A stretch of DNA of 59,996 nucleotides, filler included. It is 4 parts of 4 records of this genome, joined end to end, with 100 filler letters (N's around TTAATTAATTAA, not from the genome) between each part and the next. Parts side by side here need not be neighbours in the genome. Positions count along the whole stretch, not along the records: positions 34,239 to 53,158 come from SRR22947725_3554; positions 53,259 to 59,996 come from SRR22947725_3575; 2 more parts are not named here. One strand, given 5' to 3'. Every line of letters starts with the position of its first letter. Position 1 is the stretch's first letter. Below the pieces are notes generated by a model, which did no database searches, had not been told where the DNA came from, and saw nothing but the letters and a program-made list of their open reading frames with translations. A program made the translations under genes and the position numbers. This document shows, piece by piece, positions 51,821-59,996 of this stretch.

Positions 51821-52209
51821 TGGAAGAAACAATTCATAAAATTGGACGTAGAAAAACAGCTGTAGCTAGAGTTTACCTTAAAAAAGGTAAAGGTAAGATT
51901 ACTGTAAACAAAAAAGATTCTTCAGTTTATTTCCCTACACCAACGCTACAATTTAAAATAAACCAACCTCTTGTTATGACTGGTAATGAGAAAAAGTTTG
52001 ATATAAATATTAATGTCTACGGAGGTGGGGCTACTGGTCAAGCTGAAGCAGTAAGATTAGCTTTATCCAGAGCTATGTGTGAATTAAATGAAGAAAATAG
52101 AGGAGTTCTTAAACCTGAAGGATTGTTAACAAGAGATCCAAGAATGGTTGAAAGGAAAAAATTCGGTCAGAAAAAGGCTAGAAAAAAATTCCAATTCTCG
52201 AAAAGATAA
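51820..52209 (+). CDS. rpsI: 30S ribosomal protein S9
   Basis: GRRKTAVARV, ERKKFG, QFSKR. Confidence 0.98.
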   Translation: MEETIHKIGRRKTAVARVYLKKGKGKITVNKKDSSVYFPTPTLQFKINQPLVMTGNEKKFDININVYGGGATGQAEAVRLALSRAMCELNEENRGVLKPEGLLTRDPRMVERKKFGQKKARKKFQFSKR

Positions 52210-52326
52210 AAAATTAATAACCAGTTTTTGTTATCTATGAATTTTATTCAAGATTTAGTTTAGCATCTAAATGATCAAGTAAAAAAACTTGGCATTGCTA
52301 TTCAACAGAAAGTAAACTATCACAAA

Positions 52327-53158
52327 ATGGGAAAATTAGAAGTAAAAGAATTATTAGAAGCAGGTGTTCACTTCGGGCATCTAACAAGAAAATGGAATCC
52401 AAACATGGCTCCTTTCATCTACATGGAAAGAAATGGGATTCATATCATTAATCTTTATAAAACAGTTGCAAAAATAGATGAAGCATCTGAAGCGTTGAAA
52501 AAAATTGCAGCGTCAGGAAGAAAAATATTATTTGTAGCAACAAAAAAACAAGCAAAGGAAATTGTAGCAGAATCTGCTTCAAAAGTAAATATGCCTTACA
52601 TTACTGAAAGATGGCCAGGAGGAATGTTGACAAATTTTGTAACTATTAGAAAAGCAGTTAAAAAAATGGCTGCAATTGATAGGATGAAAAAAGATGGTAC
52701 ATTTAACACTCTTTCCAAAAAAGAGAGACTTCAGGTTGGTAGACTTAGAGAAAAATTAGAAAAGAATTTAGGTTCTATTTCAGATATGACAAGATTACCT
52801 GGAGCATTGTTCGTTGTTGATATAATAAGAGAACACATTGCAATTAAGGAAGCTCAAAAATTAAATATCCCAATATTTGCAATGGTTGATACTAACTCTG
52901 ATCCTAGAGAAGTGGAGTATGTTATTCCTTCTAATGATGATGCATCAAAATCAATTACTAAGATTTTAGAGAACATTACCCCAGCTATTCAAGAAGGGTT
53001 AGCAGAAAGAAATTCTGAAAAAGAAAACAATAAAGAAGATTCTAATGCTTCAACTCCTGAAGTAAAAGTTGAAGAAGTAAAAGTTGAAAAAGTTAAAGCT
53101 GAAGAGACTAATGCTGAAGAGACTAAAACTGAAGAGACTAAAGCTGAAGAAGCTAAAT
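52327..53158 (+). CDS. rpsB: 30S ribosomal protein S2 (3' truncated)
   Basis: AGVHFGH, RWPGGMLTN, DTNSDP, NDD. Confidence 0.97.
53058..53158 (+). repeat. 15-nt coding tandem repeats in the S2 acidic tail (EEVKV / EETKA)
   Basis: GAAGAGACTAAWRCT x3 preceded by GAAGTAAAAGTTGAA units. Confidence 0.8.
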
Positions 53159-53258
53159 NNNNNNNNNNNNNNNNNNNNNNNNNNNNNNNNNNNNNNNNNN
53201 NNTTAATTAATTAANNNNNNNNNNNNNNNNNNNNNNNNNNNNNNNNNNNNNNNNNNNN
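53159..53258. other. Artificial contig spacer
   Basis: Same 100-nt linker. Confidence 0.98.
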
Positions 53259-53420
53259 TGAACAATGATTTTTAAAAAGAATGGAAAATTGATTGTCGTC
53301 ACGATTGTCATTATCGAAAACTATTTTTTTACAATTTGATCCATAATAATATATCGAAAGCGTAGAAGAATTTCTTACAAAATTCTGACTAAATCTACGG
53401 GCTTTAATTTTCTTCTTCAT
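53259..53420 (-). CDS. Partial ORF coupled to the sigma gene (MKKKIKARRF...), possible anti-sigma
   Basis: ATGA overlap with the sigma stop; runs into Ns. Confidence 0.4.
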
Positions 53421-54019
53421 AGAGGATTCTGAATTCCTTTTGCTTCCAGACATGTAAGTAGCTTGCCCAATGCTCTTTTCAAGGTTGTTCCTACACTTCC
53501 AATTGGGATTGATTCTTTCTCTGAAATTTCTCGCTGATTTTCACCCTCCATGTAAAAGGAGTGGAAAAAATTGTTTTCCTTTGGATTAAGCTTTTCATTC
53601 CTACAATTAATCAGAGCCGCAAGAAAATCCGCAAGTTCATGGGAGTCAATCGAACAGACCTTAGATGCAATAAAATCAAGCCGTGTTGATCCATCTTCTC
53701 CAATTTTATCGTCCAAACTCAAAACTCCACCTCCACCACGCTTGTCGGCAGTTTGCTTGCGTAACCAATCAATTCCTCTCCGATACGCAATTGTCATTGT
53801 AAATCTCCTAAAATCCTCGAACATTTTCCTACTATCAATTGGAAATATGCGAATTGCTTCCAAAACAGTCTCCTGAATGATATCTTCTGCATCTGATATT
53901 GAAATCGAAAGCTTCGATGTTAGAACCCTTGATGCCGCTGCATTCAATAAGGGTAAAGCTTTACGCCACTCGGGGTCATCGCCATCTATCAGCTTACTTA
54001 CAGAAATGTTTTTGCTCAT
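53417..54019 (-). CDS. ECF-type RNA polymerase sigma factor
   Basis: DAEDIIQET, IAYRRGIDWLRK, KRGGG, region 4 REISEKESIPIGSVGTTLKRA; ATG 54019 overlaps the upstream stop. Confidence 0.88.
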   Translation of the reverse strand: MSKNISVSKLIDGDDPEWRKALPLLNAAASRVLTSKLSISISDAEDIIQETVLEAIRIFPIDSRKMFEDFRRFTMTIAYRRGIDWLRKQTADKRGGGGVLSLDDKIGEDGSTRLDFIASKVCSIDSHELADFLAALINCRNEKLNPKENNFFHSFYMEGENQREISEKESIPIGSVGTTLKRALGKLLTCLEAKGIQNPL

Positions 54020-54582
54020 CCTTTTTCCAAAGTCCACCCAAGACCAAATTTGTGCAAACCATCCCTAAGTTTATCCATCATATTCTGACAGGCATCTTTA
54101 AGGGATTCTGCATCCAGTCCATACTCAGATTTCAAAATATACAGATCTTTTTTTCTTACTAAATAATCACTAAATAGTCTCTTCTCTAATTCGTTTAGGC
54201 ACACACTAATAATTTCCCGAATACTTAATAAAAAACAAATCAGTCTCTCTTTTGCCTCAGAAACATTTTCCTTAAACATCTTTTTCCATTTTCTTAACGA
54301 ACCAAGTGCTAATTCATCAAGAAATACAATACCTCCCTGTAAAACATCAGTGATTACATGTGCTTTCACTTCTTCCCAAGTATTCACCTCCCAACTCGAA
54401 ATTTTAAAAGGTAATTTTTTCAGAAAATCAAAGGCATGCTCCTGTGCCTCGTTGTCTGATGAAAGACCTAATTTACACGCCGTTTTCCAAGCAACCGCAT
54501 ACAAAGGTTGAAAGGCTTCCCTCCAAGTTGACTCATCACCTAATTTAAGAAGGCGGACAAAATCATTACTAAAATCGGACAT
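54016..54582 (-). CDS. Degenerate ECF-sigma-like protein
   Basis: LLKLGDESTWREAFQPLYAVAW..EAQE resembles sigma region 1.2/2; CLNELEKRLF..EYGL..KLRDGL resembles region 4. Confidence 0.55.
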   Translation of the reverse strand: MSDFSNDFVRLLKLGDESTWREAFQPLYAVAWKTACKLGLSSDNEAQEHAFDFLKKLPFKISSWEVNTWEEVKAHVITDVLQGGIVFLDELALGSLRKWKKMFKENVSEAKERLICFLLSIREIISVCLNELEKRLFSDYLVRKKDLYILKSEYGLDAESLKDACQNMMDKLRDGLHKFGLGWTLEKG

Positions 54583-54641
54583 TTAGTCATTATTCAAACA
54601 TGATGATACACCAAGTCGAGAACAATGATTAAATGATAAAG

Positions 54642-56561
54642 CTAGTAACTCCGTCCGTTTTTGTTTTCGTAAAAATTCAAAAATGCTTTGTGTGCGACTC
54701 GATATCCTCCAGGAGTTGGATAATCTCCGGTAAAATACCAGTCTCCCGGATGGTCCGGGAGGGCTTCGTGTAGATTTTCAATCCCCTGGTAAATTACCTC
54801 GACCCGGGGCTCACCATTTAATTCACTTGGAGTTACTAACTCTGCTACCTTATTGGAAATTTCTTCTGGGGTGAAATTCTCATACACTTTTTTCACATGA
54901 TTCACCAAATTGGGACGAGTTTCCTTAAGGGCTTCACGGCAATTCTTGGCAACTTCAGCAAGCAGGCCTCCATAACCATTTTCATTGATCAGCGCGACTG
55001 CTGCCTGAAAAGCGATAAACTTTCCCAATTCGGACATGTCGATTCCATAGCAGTCTGGGTAGCGAATTTGAGGAGCGGTGGAAGCAATCAACAATTTCCT
55101 TGGCTTGGATCGACCCAGAATTTTCAAAATACTTTGCTTAAGTGTGGTTCCCCGAACAATCGAATCATCAATGCAGACAAGTGCATCAATTTTCTCCCGC
55201 ACAACACCATAGGTAATATCATAAACATGAGATACAAGTTGATTCCTGCCAGATTCCTGGGAGATAAATGTGCGTAATTTAATATCCTTGTTGGCAATCT
55301 TCTCCCCTTTTGGCCAATTATCCATTACCAATTCGTTGATTAATTCATCGGTTAATTCGCCCTTATTTTTAGCCTCAATTAACTGTTGCTGTACTTCTGC
55401 CCGACGAACCAATCGAAGTTGCTCCATAAACCCGTAATATGCACTCTCTGCAGTGTTAGGAACATAACTAAACACACTGTTGGAAAAATCATTCCCTACG
55501 GACTTGAGAACATCAGGCACCAATAAGGCACCGAGCATTTTGCGCTCTGCATAAATATCGGGATCATTCCCCCGGGAAAAATAGATTCGTTCGAACGAAC
55601 AACCAGTCTGGCGAGCCGGGTCATCGGCGAATCGCTCCACTTGAACCTCTCCGTTCGCCTTGGCCACCACAATGGTGCCTGGTTTGATTTCCTGAACCTC
55701 GTCCACTTTCTTGTCAAACACAGTCATTAAAGGTGCCCGCTCGGAAGCAACTGCAACCACCTCATCATCTTCAAAATAAAACCCTGGACGGATGCCCAGC
55801 GGGTCGCGCATGGCAAAGGCATCCCCGTTTCCAATTATACCGGCGAGTGCATAACCCCCATCCCAATGTTCGGAGGCCTTTCGAAAGATATCTGGCAAAT
55901 CGACGCGTTCACCAATCCATTTAGAAAGATCATCCCCACTTACTCCTTCTTTTACAGCCTCTGCGGAAAGCTTGTCATTAGTTGAATCAAGATGGTACCC
56001 GGTTTCTTCCAAAATTGCCTGTGTATCAGTATCAAAAACCGGATGTTGGCCACGCTCAACAAGTTTTTGATTCAATTCTTCGACATTGGTAAGATTAAAA
56101 TTACCCGCCACCATCAGGTTTTTCCCTGGCCAATTACTCTTACGAAAATATGGGTGGCAAGTGGTGGAACCATACGCTCCCGAGGTTCCATAGCGGAGGT
56201 GCCCCATGAGAATCTCACCCCCGTAGTCAAAGTGCTTCTTGTAAGTTTCAGGAAACTCAGGAAATGCAGTCCCATCCTTAACCATTTTTTCCAGTTTCTT
56301 GTGCTGACCACCAAAAATTTTAGACAAAGCCTTGGTGCTCGTACTCCGTTCGCGAAACATAAAAGCTTCACCGGGAGGCATATTTAATTTCATCGACCCA
56401 ATCCCAGCACCATCCTGACCCCGATTGTGCTGCTTTTCCATCAATAGGAATAATTGATTAAAGCCCCATAATGGAGTGCCATACTTCTGTTCATAATAAG
56501 CCAGTGGTTTCCGTAAGCGGACTAGGGCAATTCCGCAGTGGTGGCCGATTTCATCACTCAT
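54642..56561 (-). CDS. purF: Amidophosphoribosyltransferase (long form)
   Basis: HCGI N-terminal nucleophile, QHNRGQDGAG, GHLRYGT, CSFERIYFSR, DDSIVRGTT, YGIDM. Confidence 0.95.
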   Translation of the reverse strand: MSDEIGHHCGIALVRLRKPLAYYEQKYGTPLWGFNQLFLLMEKQHNRGQDGAGIGSMKLNMPPGEAFMFRERSTSTKALSKIFGGQHKKLEKMVKDGTAFPEFPETYKKHFDYGGEILMGHLRYGTSGAYGSTTCHPYFRKSNWPGKNLMVAGNFNLTNVEELNQKLVERGQHPVFDTDTQAILEETGYHLDSTNDKLSAEAVKEGVSGDDLSKWIGERVDLPDIFRKASEHWDGGYALAGIIGNGDAFAMRDPLGIRPGFYFEDDEVVAVASERAPLMTVFDKKVDEVQEIKPGTIVVAKANGEVQVERFADDPARQTGCSFERIYFSRGNDPDIYAERKMLGALLVPDVLKSVGNDFSNSVFSYVPNTAESAYYGFMEQLRLVRRAEVQQQLIEAKNKGELTDELINELVMDNWPKGEKIANKDIKLRTFISQESGRNQLVSHVYDITYGVVREKIDALVCIDDSIVRGTTLKQSILKILGRSKPRKLLIASTAPQIRYPDCYGIDMSELGKFIAFQAAVALINENGYGGLLAEVAKNCREALKETRPNLVNHVKKVYENFTPEEISNKVAELVTPSELNGEPRVEVIYQGIENLHEALPDHPGDWYFTGDYPTPGGYRVAHKAFLNFYENKNGRSY

Positions 56562-56567
56562 GGTGGT

Positions 56568-58883
56568 TTAGCTATGATTCATTTTTTGTGGGATGGCGTC
56601 GCTCCAAGTCTTATGCAGTTGATTGACCGAAGAATCAAGAATTTCATTACCCGACACTGAAAGTTTTAACTGTCCGGATGAATCGGAGTATCCTAATGGA
56701 TCAATGCTCAATCCATTTTGGCCCGCAGATAGTACTATTCCCTCACTTTCACTTTTGGATACTGCAATCAAGACACGGCCCTGACTTTCTCCAAAAAGGA
56801 GGGCATCCAGTCGGTTGGATTTCCCTTTGGAATCGATTGAGAGCGATGCTCCAATATTCGGGTTTTCAAAAAACATTTCAGCCAAGGCAACCAAAAGTCC
56901 ACCCTCAGCAATATCATGTGCAGCATGTACATGCCCGGCTTCAATTTGTTGTATAAGGAAATCCTGTACTTTCTTCTCGGATGCCAAATCAACATCCGGA
57001 CAAGTTCCCTCTTTTTTTCCATATTCGGTCTGAAGAAAATAACTTCCACCCAATTCATGAGGTAGACCGCCGAGCAGAAGAATTGATTGATCAGGTTGTG
57101 AAATAAAGCTTCGGGTCACACTTGATGATTTTTCAATTAAACCAACCATAGAAACCACTGGTGTCGGGTCAATTCCGCCCTCGCCATGCTCGTTATATAA
57201 ACTCACATTTCCACCTACCACCGGAACATCGAAAAAGGTACATGCATCCGCTAACCCCTTTACACATTCCTTCAGCATGTGATAAGCCTCCGGTTTATTG
57301 GGGTTGGCAAAATTCAGATTATCGGTAACGGCAAGTGCACGAGCACCTGAGCACGCCAAATTACGCATGCACTCTGCAAACGCAATCTGTGCTCCCTTGT
57401 AGGGATCCAAATAACAGAATCGATTATTACAATCATTCGAAATCGCTAATCGTTTATCAATGCCAGCAATACTCAAATGAACCACTCCAGCATCACTTCC
57501 TGGCTCAACTGTACAGCCAGACATAACCATATGGTCATATTGTTGCCAGACCCACCGCTTGGAAGCGATCGTAGGGTGAGCTAATAATTTATTTAAAGAA
57601 GATTCAACCGATTCAACAGCAAGTTCAGGAACAGAACTTATACTCCAATTTCGAGCCACTTCAATATGAGCAGGTTCACTGGCCGGTTGGTCATAAATAG
57701 GGGCTTCGTCAGTAAGGGATTTGGCGGGCAGATCCGCCACAACGACTCCCTTATGCCGAACTACCATTCGGTCTCCGTCTTTTACTTCTCCAATATGTGC
57801 CGCGTGTAAATCCCACTTTTCAAATACATCCCTAATCTCATGCTCCCTACCCTTCTTCACAATAACGAGCATTCTTTCCTGGCTTTCAGAAAGCATAATT
57901 TCATAGGAATTCATTCCCGTTTCTCGCTGTGGAACTAGATCGAGATCAATTTCAATTCCTAAACCTCCACGGGACGCCGTCTCACAAGTCGAACAGGTCA
58001 AACCTGCTGCTCCCATATCCTGAATACCCACCACTAATCCTGGAATCGCCATCATTTCAAGGCATGCTTCCAGAAGAAGTTTCTCCATAAATGGATCCCC
58101 CTTCTGCACCGCAGGACGATCGGCAGCACTCTCCTCAGTCAATTCACGGGAGGCAAAACTGGCTCCACCTAAACCGTCTCGACCGGTACCGGGCCCAACA
58201 TAAAAAACTGGATTCCCCACACCAGTGGCTGCACCACGATGAATATCCTCGTGTTTGAGAATTCCGGCACATAGTGCATTGACTAAAGGATTCCCCTCGT
58301 AGCAATCATCAAAGTAAACATCGCCCCCCATATTAGGAATTCCCAGGCAATTTCCATAATTTGAAATCCCGCTCACTACTCCCCTAAAAAGTCTTTTTAC
58401 ATGTGCAGATTCCAAGGAACCAAAACGAAGGGAATTGGTCAGTAGAACCGGACGGGCTCCCATCGTAAAGATATCCCTTACAATTCCACCCACTCCGGTA
58501 GCCGCACCTTCAAAGGGCTCAATTGCACTGGGATGATTGTGCGATTCAATCTTAAAAGCAACACCCCACCCTTCTCCCACATCAATCACGCCCGCATTTT
58601 CCTCACCCGCTTTAACGAGCACCTGGCCAATTGCTTCTTTATCCTTTTTTTCGGTGGGAAAAAGACGAAGTAATTTCCGGGTATTTTTGTAGGCACAATG
58701 TTCCGACCACATGACCGAGAAAATTCCCAATTCAGTCAAGTTGGGCGTGCGACCAAGAATTTCTAAAACTTGATCATACTCTTCCGGAAGCAGACCATGC
58801 TGTGCCACTAATTCCGGTGTAATCTCGACATTTAAACATGGATCTGGGTTAAGGGGTAATGAAGGAACTGTATTTTCGGTCAT
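56568..58883 (-). CDS. purL: Phosphoribosylformylglycinamidine synthase subunit PurL
   Basis: [35 protein letters not shown]. Confidence 0.97.
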   Translation of the reverse strand: MTENTVPSLPLNPDPCLNVEITPELVAQHGLLPEEYDQVLEILGRTPNLTELGIFSVMWSEHCAYKNTRKLLRLFPTEKKDKEAIGQVLVKAGEENAGVIDVGEGWGVAFKIESHNHPSAIEPFEGAATGVGGIVRDIFTMGARPVLLTNSLRFGSLESAHVKRLFRGVVSGISNYGNCLGIPNMGGDVYFDDCYEGNPLVNALCAGILKHEDIHRGAATGVGNPVFYVGPGTGRDGLGGASFASRELTEESAADRPAVQKGDPFMEKLLLEACLEMMAIPGLVVGIQDMGAAGLTCSTCETASRGGLGIEIDLDLVPQRETGMNSYEIMLSESQERMLVIVKKGREHEIRDVFEKWDLHAAHIGEVKDGDRMVVRHKGVVVADLPAKSLTDEAPIYDQPASEPAHIEVARNWSISSVPELAVESVESSLNKLLAHPTIASKRWVWQQYDHMVMSGCTVEPGSDAGVVHLSIAGIDKRLAISNDCNNRFCYLDPYKGAQIAFAECMRNLACSGARALAVTDNLNFANPNKPEAYHMLKECVKGLADACTFFDVPVVGGNVSLYNEHGEGGIDPTPVVSMVGLIEKSSSVTRSFISQPDQSILLLGGLPHELGGSYFLQTEYGKKEGTCPDVDLASEKKVQDFLIQQIEAGHVHAAHDIAEGGLLVALAEMFFENPNIGASLSIDSKGKSNRLDALLFGESQGRVLIAVSKSESEGIVLSAGQNGLSIDPLGYSDSSGQLKLSVSGNEILDSSVNQLHKTWSDAIPQKMNHS

Positions 58884-59569
58884 GATTCAGAAAGTTCGAT
58901 TGGGGAACTCGATCGTATAGGGCCAAGAAAAGCTTCCAATACCGTTAAGCCATCTTGACTGGGATGAAATTTTTCAACCGCACGCTCAGGGTGTGGCATC
59001 ATACCGTAGACATTTCCCACTTCATTTCGAATTCCGGCAATATCATTGATTGAACCATTGGGATTTCCAATATAACGAAGGAGAACCTGATTATTTGATT
59101 CCAATTTTGCCAACGCATCCTGCTCCAGGCGATAATTTCCCTCTCCATGAGCAATCGGTATAGTTAACTCGCTTCCAATTGTATCCGAACTAAAATGTTC
59201 ATTTGAATCTTCCACTTTTAATTTTTGGTTTACGCAACGAAATTCCAGGCAATCATTTCGGATCAAGGCCCCGGGGAGTAAGCCCGCTTCACAAAGAATT
59301 TGAAACCCGTTACAAATCCCCAATACTGAGCCACCCTTCTCTGCAAATGATCGGAGGTCCTTCATAATCGGAGAGAATCGGGCGATCGCGCCACAACGAA
59401 GATAATCCCCGAAGGAAAATCCTCCCGGTACAATAACCGCCTCCGTTTCTGCCGGCAATGGCGACTTATGCCAAACTCGATTGGCGGGAATTCCTAAAAC
59501 ATCCTGCACCGCGTGTTCCGCATCCCAGTCACAATTGGAACCGGGAAATTGTAAAATTGCTACTTTCAT
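58880..59569 (-). CDS. purQ: Phosphoribosylformylglycinamidine synthase subunit PurQ
   Basis: [29 protein letters not shown]. Confidence 0.97.
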   Translation of the reverse strand: MKVAILQFPGSNCDWDAEHAVQDVLGIPANRVWHKSPLPAETEAVIVPGGFSFGDYLRCGAIARFSPIMKDLRSFAEKGGSVLGICNGFQILCEAGLLPGALIRNDCLEFRCVNQKLKVEDSNEHFSSDTIGSELTIPIAHGEGNYRLEQDALAKLESNNQVLLRYIGNPNGSINDIAGIRNEVGNVYGMMPHPERAVEKFHPSQDGLTVLEAFLGPIRSSSPIELSES

Positions 59570-59584
59570 GAAATTACTTCTATT

Positions 59585-59995
59585 TTACTGTTCTTTTGGA
59601 GTTTCGGCTTCCTCCTCATCAAAAATTTCTTCCACCACCGGATTGGTCAATATACCAATCCCTTCAATCTGTACGGTGACTTCGTCCCCAGGCACAAGGA
59701 ATCTTCTCGGCTCTCTTGCTTCTCCCACTCCCGATGGAGTTCCCGTTAAGATAAGGGTTCCAGGTAGTAATGTGGTACTCCCACTTAGAAAGGAAATCAA
59801 GGTGGGAACATCGAAAATCATATCACTTGTTGAAGATTCCTGCATCTTTTCTTCATTCAAGAATGTTCGCAATGTAAGTTTACTGGGATCGGGAATTTCA
59901 TCCGCGGTGGTCAAACAAGGACCAACTGGGCAAAAGGTATCAAAACTCTTTCCTCTACAAAACTGGCCTCCCCTCGAAGGTGCTTTTAGTAAGTA
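59585..59995 (-). CDS. Fumarylacetoacetate hydrolase family protein (5' truncated)
   Basis: [42 protein letters not shown]. Confidence 0.88.
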   Translation of the reverse strand, partial: YLLKAPSRGGQFCRGKSFDTFCPVGPCLTTADEIPDPSKLTLRTFLNEEKMQESSTSDMIFDVPTLISFLSGSTTLLPGTLILTGTPSGVGEAREPRRFLVPGDEVTVQIEGIGILTNPVVEEIFDEEEAETPKEQ

Positions 59996-59996
59996 C

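Noticed and set aside
245-57906. Numerous short overlapping ORFs in the track (e.g. 9133-9582, 28888-29229, 38689-39063, 54897-55277)
   Set aside because: They lie antisense or out of frame within well-supported genes and carry no motifs.
59972-59996. FAH frame reads YLLKAPSR where NDVSARDWQ-like sequence is expected
   Set aside because: Only about 25 nt at the window edge; could be a chimeric end but cannot be judged.

Overview
The window is not one genome. It is four unrelated marine-bacterial contigs joined by identical 100-nt spacers (44 N + TTAATTAATTAA + 44 N) at 18007-18106, 34139-34238 and 53159-53258. Contig A (1-18006; gammaproteobacterial, SAR86-like by inference) has a hemE fragment, hemF, hemJ, a Tat-signal carotenoid oxygenase, MFS transporters, rlmN, a DEAD-box helicase and a protein O-mannosylation pair. 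Contig B (18107-34138; AT-rich, alphaproteobacterial-like accessory island) has a CueR-regulated copper cluster, a tRNA-Ser 3'-end att remnant with 12-bp-period arm-like repeats, a DUF559/Vsr-nuclease-RecQ-helicase fusion with a membrane-anchored partner, Sel1 proteins and an OGFr-like gene with no canonical start. Contig B also carries the best find: two tandem glnA-type (glutamine-I) riboswitch aptamers on the minus strand (25129-25235), directly upstream of an unannotated 38-aa basic peptide (24984-25100). This may be a glutamine-sensing small-protein regulator of nitrogen assimilation outside cyanobacteria. Contig C (34239-53158; Flavobacteriia) has actA, rimP-nusA-infB, tRNA-Gln, DUF2723, a glycosylasparaginase, polA with a degenerate proofreading site, and rplM-rpsI-rpsB. 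Contig D (53259-59996; Verrucomicrobia-like) has purQ-purL-purF followed by a degenerate sigma-like gene and an ECF sigma factor. No CRISPR array or rRNA was seen. Taxonomic and family calls come from motif recognition only; no searches were run.
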